The translations under genes and the position numbers were made by a program. Shown one piece after another: positions 25,235 to 31,654 of a DNA stretch of 31,654 nt. Positions within the stretch are counted from its first letter, which is position 1. Every line of letters starts with the position of its first letter. Source of the stretch: Candidatus Bathyarchaeia archaeon (GTDB taxonomy: Archaea > Thermoproteota > Bathyarchaeia > TCS64). The notes under the pieces are model-generated. The model saw only the letters and a list, made by a program, of their open reading frames with translations, searched no databases and was not told where the DNA came from. The stretch is from the NCBI GenBank assembly GCA_050014495.1, contig JBEKDF010000035.1, forward strand, positions 1 to 31,654. The letters are read 5' to 3'.

Positions 25235-26821
25235 TTAAAACATAGCGACTGGTCGCCCTTTGACGATCCTCTCCGTAGCGACACCCGTCACCTCTATGTC
25301 AATGATTCTCCCCTCCCAAGATTCAGGTGACTCTATTAGTACTACAGGACCATGTTTCAATGGGTAGGCGACTAACATCCTTTTATTTCGATCATACCTC
25401 TCGGCGACCACGACGCGCATTACCTTACCAATCATACTCTCCTTCGCCCTCATGTTCGCCTTAGCCGCTGTCTCATGGATTTTCTGGCTCCCCGGATCTC
25501 TAACATTGGGAGGTGCTGATGGGTATCCACTAAACGCCGACATCGGAAGAGACTGGAACCTATATAGGATGATGCGCTCCGCCCCCTCATCCCTGCTGGC
25601 TTCAATAGCTTTTACGGTCTTCTCGACAGTTTCCTTTGTTTGCCCTGGAAGTCCATGGATGAAGTAGACATAAGGCTTCAATCCCACTCTTCTAAGCCGT
25701 CTAATCGCATTGAGTGTTTCCTTTGGCGTCGAGGGTCTCCCCAGAAGTTCACTATGTGAGTCAGATCCAGTTTCGAAACCGATGCTTACTGGAGTACCAT
25801 TTAAGTATCTCCCGAGCAGCTTCGCCGCTTTTTCAGTGACGAGAGAAGCCTTTAGGTTCTCAATCATAAAGGCAGCTGTTTCATCTTTCATTCTACTAAT
25901 ATCCATTAAGGATGACAATAATTTCTCGATCTCGTCATAGTTGGGTTCTGGACTCCTTGGATCGGTTAAGGGCTCGGGCTCGACGAGGAGATCTCTACCG
26001 TAATCTAGGAAGCATGGGGCACTTAACACAATTCTACTTACTCCTTCATTCAGTAGGGCGACGACTTCCTCCTTTATTCTAACTGCGGAACGGCTCTTTG
26101 GAGTACCATAGAGACTTGGGACGGAGCAGTAGCCACAGCCAGGAGGTGTTCCAAGGGGGCAATCATACCTCTCGATCAGAGGACCATTCCTACATTTCCC
26201 ACACGTTTTACAGTCCCCATTTAAAAGCGACCTATGATAGTTACTACAACCTCTCAAGACCTCAACATAGACTCGAGCCGAACGATACAGATTATAGCCT
26301 CTAATGGTCGATGTAGATGGTTTGAATTTATCAAAAGTCTGCCTGGGCATGACCCTCCGAAGTTTTGTCCACTCTGGATCACCATCGGTTTTAAAAGCTA
26401 ATCCTCTAATTTTTCTCAACGAATCCTCATCAGGCAACTCTCCATTCGAGAGCCTCATATCAAGTAGTTCCGATAGCGTCTCCTCACCTTCTCCAACTAC
26501 GGCTATATCCGAGCCCGTCTTCCTGAGTGCCTGTTCGGAGTCTGAGGTTACAGGACCACCAATCAATACCGGGCCACCCTCCCAGCGAGAGGTCACCCTG
26601 CGAATTGCATGTATATCCCCAGTCATCCCACTCATTAATAGGAGGTTGAATCCTCTAGGAAAATCCCCCATTAGAATCGTTTCTGCCTCGATGATGGAAA
26701 CATCAATACCCCTGACCTCGAATATACCCGCTAAAGCCCGTGGCCCAGCCCCTATAGCGTCTCTCGTTGCCTTCCTCTCACCCTTGCCTGAAGCAAGGGT
26801 GTCTACTATCAGAGCCTTCAC
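25235..26821 (-). CDS. B12-binding-like/radical SAM/TRAM domain protein (COG1031-like)
   Basis: VLIGGP, VVGEGE, EVLRGC...GCGYC, KSRS, GFETGS, YFIHGLPGQT and a C-terminal TRAM-like beta region. Confidence 0.85.
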   Translation of the reverse strand: MKALIVDTLASGKGERKATRDAIGAGPRALAGIFEVRGIDVSIIEAETILMGDFPRGFNLLLMSGMTGDIHAIRRVTSRWEGGPVLIGGPVTSDSEQALRKTGSDIAVVGEGEETLSELLDMRLSNGELPDEDSLRKIRGLAFKTDGDPEWTKLRRVMPRQTFDKFKPSTSTIRGYNLYRSARVYVEVLRGCSNYHRSLLNGDCKTCGKCRNGPLIERYDCPLGTPPGCGYCSVPSLYGTPKSRSAVRIKEEVVALLNEGVSRIVLSAPCFLDYGRDLLVEPEPLTDPRSPEPNYDEIEKLLSSLMDISRMKDETAAFMIENLKASLVTEKAAKLLGRYLNGTPVSIGFETGSDSHSELLGRPSTPKETLNAIRRLRRVGLKPYVYFIHGLPGQTKETVEKTVKAIEASRDEGAERIILYRFQSLPMSAFSGYPSAPPNVRDPGSQKIHETAAKANMRAKESMIGKVMRVVVAERYDRNKRMLVAYPLKHGPVVLIESPESWEGRIIDIEVTGVATERIVKGRPVAMF

Positions 26822-26902
26822 GTATGAGCCCCTTCAACGTCGTGTGATAAACATTCCCAACGCAAGATAGTGATAAATCAACGCTCCATAATACCCTTAG
26901 CC

Positions 26903-27934
26903 ATGATCAATGACCAGCTCCCACTTATCGCAGCAATAGCCCTCTCCTTTGCCGTCTCATACCTCACAATACCGATATTCAATAAGTTCATGGTTGCTGT
27001 AGGGATCGTTGGCAGGGACATAATGAAACGTGATAGTAAACTAATCCCTGATATGGGTGGACCAGGCGTCATTACGGGTTTTCTTTTTGGAATATTCACA
27101 TTCATAGGCCTAGAGGTCTTCGCTTTGAAGAACTCGACAGACCTCATTAACATTCTCGCGAGCCTAAATACTATCCTGATTATCACATTGATCGGGATAT
27201 TCGACGTGTTAACAGCCCTTATGAAGCAAAGAGAGGGACTCGGTATCGTCGAGAGGCTAAAACGGCGTGGTATTCCCTCTTGGTTTTACTTCTTTATACC
27301 TCTACCCGCAGCTGTCCCACTTATGGCAGTTAACGCCGGTATAACCCAAATGTCTCTACCATTTATAGGTAAGGTCGAACTAGGCTTAGTTTACCCTCTT
27401 GTCCTAGTTCCGTTAGCGGTGCTCTGCTGTTCGAATGCCACAAATTTCCTCGCTGGCTTTAATGGTCTGGAAGCGGGTATGGGGCTCGTCCTTCATGTTT
27501 CGCTCGGAGTGTTCGCGTTGATGAGCAACAGGTTAGCCGCAGCAGCCCTCGCCTTAGTCTTTGCTGCTGCTCTCGCCTCCTTTCTTAGATACAACTGGTA
27601 CCCGGGGAAAGTCTTCCCTGGCGATCTTAATTACACAATAGGTGCCGTTGGCGCCTGCGTCACGATATTAGGAAATATGGAAAAGTTCGCGATTCTGTGT
27701 TTCATACCTTGGATATTTGAGGCATTATTAAAGGCGCTATCTGGCTTTAAATCCGAAAACTTCGGTATTTTGAATGAAGACGGGAGCGTCAAGCCACGGG
27801 AGCCTAAAATTCGTTCACTAACACACCTAGTTATGAGGTCGGGTAGGTTCACCGAGAAGCAGGTTACCATGATCCTTATTGGGGTTGAGGTCGCCGTCTG
27901 TTTGCTAGCATTTTCTGTTATACGCCTCATTTAG
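26903..27934 (+). CDS. aglH: UDP-GlcNAc:polyprenyl-phosphate GlcNAc-1-P transferase (GPT/Alg7/AglH-like, MraY family)
   Basis: Multi-TM protein with GRDIMK, PDMGG, NATNFLAGFNGLE and YNWYPGKVFPGD. ATG 26903 preferred over GTG 26870. Confidence 0.85.
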   Translation: MINDQLPLIAAIALSFAVSYLTIPIFNKFMVAVGIVGRDIMKRDSKLIPDMGGPGVITGFLFGIFTFIGLEVFALKNSTDLINILASLNTILIITLIGIFDVLTALMKQREGLGIVERLKRRGIPSWFYFFIPLPAAVPLMAVNAGITQMSLPFIGKVELGLVYPLVLVPLAVLCCSNATNFLAGFNGLEAGMGLVLHVSLGVFALMSNRLAAAALALVFAAALASFLRYNWYPGKVFPGDLNYTIGAVGACVTILGNMEKFAILCFIPWIFEALLKALSGFKSENFGILNEDGSVKPREPKIRSLTHLVMRSGRFTEKQVTMILIGVEVAVCLLAFSVIRLI

Positions 27935-28906
27935 GTGCTGCCTTTGGGGAAAAAGGTCCTGATATTAGCTGGAGGTGGGGGGCATACGAGTATCGCCCTT
28001 GCCATCGCTCAAGCATTGATGGGAAAAGTCGAAACCTCCTTTCTAATACCCGATAAAGACCAGCTCAGCAGGGAATTACTTGCTCCCTATGGACCAGTGG
28101 AGGAGTTGATCAAGGGGAGGTATCCTCAAACCTCCAACTTCCTTTTCTTATTTCGATTCGCAACATCTTTTTACCACTCATTTTCGAAGGTTAACAGAGA
28201 TTACGATATTGTCGTTTCCACAGGTAGCAACTTCTGTATACCCCCAGCCATAGTTGCTTGGCTTAAATCGATTCCAGTCATAAACATAGAGAGTCGAGTA
28301 GCCATAACAAAGCCCTCCAAGACGGCCCTCTTTCTACAGCACTTCTCGAATAAAACACTGCTACAATGGGATGAACAAAAAAAGAATCTAAAAGGCATCG
28401 TCATAGGGCCAATATTCCCAGAGAAGAGATATGAGGCGAGGGATCTGGGGTACGTGCTAGTGACCGGTGGGACTGAGGGTCATAAACAGCTCTTCGATGC
28501 AGTCGTGGGACTAGACTTAGGGAGAGTGGTTATGCAGACTGGGAAGGTTGATCCATCACAGTATCAGGAGAAGCGCCCGAATTGGAGGATCATTCCTTAC
28601 TCGACGGAGTTCGAGAAGCTGGTCGCTGAGGCATCGTTAGTAATAACCCACCAGGGAGGAGGCACAATTTTTGAGGCTCTCCTCTATGAGAAACCAATAA
28701 TAATAGTCTATAACTCGGACCTTACAAGGACGGCGAATATTGAGGATATGCGTACACTTGCGAAGAAGATAGACGCCCTCTTCGTCGAAAAAGCCGATAA
28801 AGGCCAAATAATGTCCCTAATTCTCAAGGTTAAATCCCACAACAAATCACACTTTGAAAACGGTCGATTAAATGCTGCAGAAGTCATTCTCAACTTATTA
28901 GGTTAA
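27935..28906 (+). CDS. Fused Alg14/Alg13-like (Agl24/MurG-like, GT28) UDP-GlcNAc transferase
   Basis: LAGGGGH, VSTGSN, INIES, SKT and LQW form the Alg14-like half; VLVTGGT, VMQTG and ITHQGGGT form the Alg13-like half. Confidence 0.82.
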   Translation: MLPLGKKVLILAGGGGHTSIALAIAQALMGKVETSFLIPDKDQLSRELLAPYGPVEELIKGRYPQTSNFLFLFRFATSFYHSFSKVNRDYDIVVSTGSNFCIPPAIVAWLKSIPVINIESRVAITKPSKTALFLQHFSNKTLLQWDEQKKNLKGIVIGPIFPEKRYEARDLGYVLVTGGTEGHKQLFDAVVGLDLGRVVMQTGKVDPSQYQEKRPNWRIIPYSTEFEKLVAEASLVITHQGGGTIFEALLYEKPIIIVYNSDLTRTANIEDMRTLAKKIDALFVEKADKGQIMSLILKVKSHNKSHFENGRLNAAEVILNLLG

Positions 28907-29039
28907 TTTCCGCTCAGCTATTTCACGCTCGTTAACATATCCATTCAACATAAGGGGACTTAGATTCAGGACGCTTGAAATAAATACAGATGGTAACATT
29001 TTCCGCTTATTCTGAATGCAGTTACACCTCGAAGATATT

Positions 29040-29255
29040 GATCCTTCGCATCTTTCCGATGTCGTAAATGAATTATGTTAACCCACACATGATTTGTGGC
29101 GTACCTTCTCGTGATAGAGTTCAAGAGGAATATGTCCTGAGCTTTTAGTATCATTTTTACGGCTTCTTCGTCCTCGGTCTCTATCCACACTTTTTTTGTG
29201 CGCACGCGTTATCCTGTTCATTATATACAGGCATCACAACCGAGAAAGCTATCAA
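29040..29255 (-). pseudogene. Decayed glycosyltransferase fragments (GT2 N-terminus plus GT4 C-terminal motif)
   Basis: FSVVMPVYNEQD at 29246-29211 with a stop at 29181. Further along is DIFLLNSIT / frameshift / EGTPQIMCGLT*..YDIG. Confidence 0.55.
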
Positions 29256-29400
29256 ATGTTACATCAATATCAGAGCAATCCACTTTTCTGAAAAAGGTTT
29301 TGAGGAATTTTCTCTCCTCATATGAATGAAAAATAACTACTCTAAACATATGTATTTTCATACATATCATATAAAAGCATGCAAATGAATGAACTATTAT

Positions 29401-31224
29401 ATGTGCGGTATTTTCGGTCTTGTTCAGCGTTCCGGTGACGTTGCTCCTACTATTTTAGCGGGTTTGAGCCGTTTGGAATACAGGGGTTACGACTCTACCG
29501 GTGTGGCAGTCATCGATAACGGTGTTCTCAAGATTAGGAAAGACGCCGGTAAGATTCAGGATGTCGCTACTCGTCTACACGTCGCCGAAATGAAGGGGAG
29601 CATAGGAATAGGGCATACTCGCTGGGCGACCCACGGCGCGCCTAATATGATTAATGCTCACCCACATACCGACTCAAATGGTAAGATCGCGGTCATACAC
29701 AACGGCGTCATTGAAAACTTTATGGAGCTGAAGCAGGAACTAATTGACAAAGGACACAGTTTTATCTCCAAGACCGACACCGAGATTATTCCTCACCTCA
29801 TTCAAGAGGAGATGAAGAGTGACATTGGGCTCACAGAGGCTACTCTTAGAACTCTCAGGCGTCTGAAGGGATCCTACGCGGTATGTGTATTATCGAGTCT
29901 CGAACCCGATAAGATAGTATGCGCTAGACTTGAGAGCCCACTTGTTCTTGGCGTCTCCGATAACGGAACATACTGTGCATCTGACGCACCTGCAATCCGG
30001 CCATACTCTAACAAGGTTGTCTATCTTAGAAACGGGGAACTCGCTACATTAGATGTAGATGGGTATAAGATTGTGAAGGTTTTGGACGGTTCATTAGTTG
30101 AGCGTGCACCCGAGGAGATTACATGGGCACTCGAGATGGCGGAAAAGCAGGAATTCCCCCATTATATGTTAAAAGAGATTTTCGAGCAGCCCATCAGTCT
30201 GAGGAATGGGCTTAGACTACAGGAGAAGTATATGGATCTCATTACTACTTTCCTCGACAGGGGGAAAGAGGTTTTTCTCGTTAGTGCTGGTACTTCACAA
30301 CATTCGTGTATTGCTGGTTCATATATATTCTCGAAGATCGCCAGACTCACAACTTATCCCGTCGTTTCATCCGAGTTTGTCGAGCAATACGGGTCGACGG
30401 TTGGTATAGACTCCATCATTTTAGCGGTAAGCCAATCTGGAGAGACATACGACACATTGAAGGCAGTCGATCACTCTCGTATGAGAGCTGCAACTGTATT
30501 AGGATTAACAAACACCGTCGGCTCGACACTCACTAGAGTATCAAGGGCTTACTTGATACAACAATCTGGGCCAGAGATAGGTGTGGCTGCAACAAAGACT
30601 TTCACGAGCCAGGTTCTTGTACTTGCTCAACTCGCACTACGATTAGCAAAACTACGTGGGAAACTTTCTCAGGACGAACTCGATGAGTATAGTGATAGTC
30701 TCCATAAGATACCCGACATAGTCGAGGTGGTTCTAGAGAAAACCCACCAGAGGGTGAAGGAGGTAGCTGTTCGTGAGAGAGATTCGCGGCTTTTTCTTTT
30801 CCTTGGAAGAGGGATTAGCTCGGCGACTGCCATGGAGGGGCGTCTAAAGTTGCTTGAGATTACTTATGTCCCATCCTTGGCTTACCCTGCTGGTGAGAGT
30901 AAGCATGGTCCTATCAGCATTGTAGAGAAGGATACGTCTTGCGTCTTCGTCTGCCCACGTGGGGAGACCCACGCCGAGATAATTGGTAGTATCATGGAGA
31001 TGAAGGCAAGGGGAGCTAAAATTATCTCCATCTGTGAGGAGGGAGACACGAATATAATCAGTCTCTCAGATGAAGTTATTGAGATGCCTAAGGGTATACC
31101 CGAGCTCCTCTCTCCAATACCCTATATTGTGCCAATGCAATTGCTCGCCTATGAATTAGCCGTCATGAAGAAGTTGGATCCGGACAAGCCCCGTAATTTA
31201 GCCAAGAGTGTAACCGTTCCTTAG
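29401..31224 (+). CDS. glmS: Glutamine--fructose-6-phosphate aminotransferase
   Basis: Must start MCGIFG (catalytic N-terminal Cys). LEYRGYDS, GHTRWATHG, HNGVIEN, SQSGET, VAATKTF and PRNLAKSVTV. Confidence 0.97.
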   Translation: MCGIFGLVQRSGDVAPTILAGLSRLEYRGYDSTGVAVIDNGVLKIRKDAGKIQDVATRLHVAEMKGSIGIGHTRWATHGAPNMINAHPHTDSNGKIAVIHNGVIENFMELKQELIDKGHSFISKTDTEIIPHLIQEEMKSDIGLTEATLRTLRRLKGSYAVCVLSSLEPDKIVCARLESPLVLGVSDNGTYCASDAPAIRPYSNKVVYLRNGELATLDVDGYKIVKVLDGSLVERAPEEITWALEMAEKQEFPHYMLKEIFEQPISLRNGLRLQEKYMDLITTFLDRGKEVFLVSAGTSQHSCIAGSYIFSKIARLTTYPVVSSEFVEQYGSTVGIDSIILAVSQSGETYDTLKAVDHSRMRAATVLGLTNTVGSTLTRVSRAYLIQQSGPEIGVAATKTFTSQVLVLAQLALRLAKLRGKLSQDELDEYSDSLHKIPDIVEVVLEKTHQRVKEVAVRERDSRLFLFLGRGISSATAMEGRLKLLEITYVPSLAYPAGESKHGPISIVEKDTSCVFVCPRGETHAEIIGSIMEMKARGAKIISICEEGDTNIISLSDEVIEMPKGIPELLSPIPYIVPMQLLAYELAVMKKLDPDKPRNLAKSVTVP

Positions 31225-31273
31225 GCTCTGAAACTCTTTAAACTAATTCATCTTGTTAATCTCTTGACCCGAT

Positions 31274-31654
31274 TTGCTTAATGTCGATGCAATTCGTCGG
31301 GATTTCCCGATTCTTAATAAAGGATTAATCTATTTCGACAGTGCCGCAAGCAGTCTTACGCCTGAGCAAGTTGTGCTCAAGGAAATGGAGTTTTATAGAG
31401 AATACCGGGCCAACGTCGAGAGAGGGGTTCATCGTTGGGGTCAGAGGGCCAACGCAGAGTTTGAAGGTGCTCACGAGGAGGTGGCGAAATTCATCAATGC
31501 TCCGGGTCCAGAAAACGTCGCCATGCTCCGGAACACTACAGAAGGTATAAACCTCGTCGCTAACAGTCTCGACTGGAAGAAAGGAGATAAGATTGTTACT
31601 ACGGTGATTGAACACCACTCCAACTTTATTACGTGGTTGAGGGTGGGTAACAGG
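31274..31654 (+). CDS. sufS: SufS-type cysteine desulfurase (3' end runs off the window)
   Basis: Not in the ORF track. Manual translation from TTG 31274 gives IRRDFPIL, IYFDSAASS, ANVERGVH, NTTEGINLVA and EHHSN. Confidence 0.9.
   Translation, partial: MLNVDAIRRDFPILNKGLIYFDSAASSLTPEQVVLKEMEFYREYRANVERGVHRWGQRANAEFEGAHEEVAKFINAPGPENVAMLRNTTEGINLVANSLDWKKGDKIVTTVIEHHSNFITWLRVGNR

Noticed and set aside
28966..29205. 79-aa ORF from the track as a real gene
   Set aside because: Only its central part looks protein-like (GT4 fragment), and the motif continues in another frame, so it is treated as a pseudogene remnant.
1..31654. CRISPR arrays, tRNA/rRNA genes, IS elements
   Set aside because: No regularly spaced repeats, cloverleaf/T-loop signatures in intergenic gaps or transposase motifs were recognised by eye. 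tRNAscan-SE and Infernal were not run.

Overview
Archaeal chromosomal segment, most consistent with the TACK superphylum and probably Bathyarchaeia. That assignment is inferred from gene content (S30e, GatDE, Nop5/fibrillarin, Rpo12, AglH/Agl24-like enzymes) and was not tested by a search. Most of the window is housekeeping: box C/D sRNP genes, pyrimidine synthesis (pyrD, pyrK, pyrB, pyrF), Elp3, gatDE, adk, a four-subunit por operon, RNA polymerase subunits, N-glycan initiation genes, glmS and the start of a SufS-type desulfurase. The standout feature is a ~5.3 kb module (9573-14919). It holds seven small winged-helix proteins of two kinds: a pair with a shared N-terminal domain plus wHTH, and a tandem array of five minimal wHTH paralogs in an alternating A-B-A'-B'-A'' pattern. 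The array is divergently arranged with a NurA-HerA nuclease/ATPase pair that has no adjacent mre11/rad50 and has altered HerA motifs. Other notable items are an Rpo5/RpoH with a eukaryotic RPB5-like N-terminal domain, a radical SAM protein with a Cys-rich insert inside its cluster motif, a Cys/His-rich gene between nop5 and fibrillarin, a frameshifted Nudix gene and a scar of decayed glycosyltransferase genes. No rRNA, tRNA, CRISPR array or transposase was recognised.
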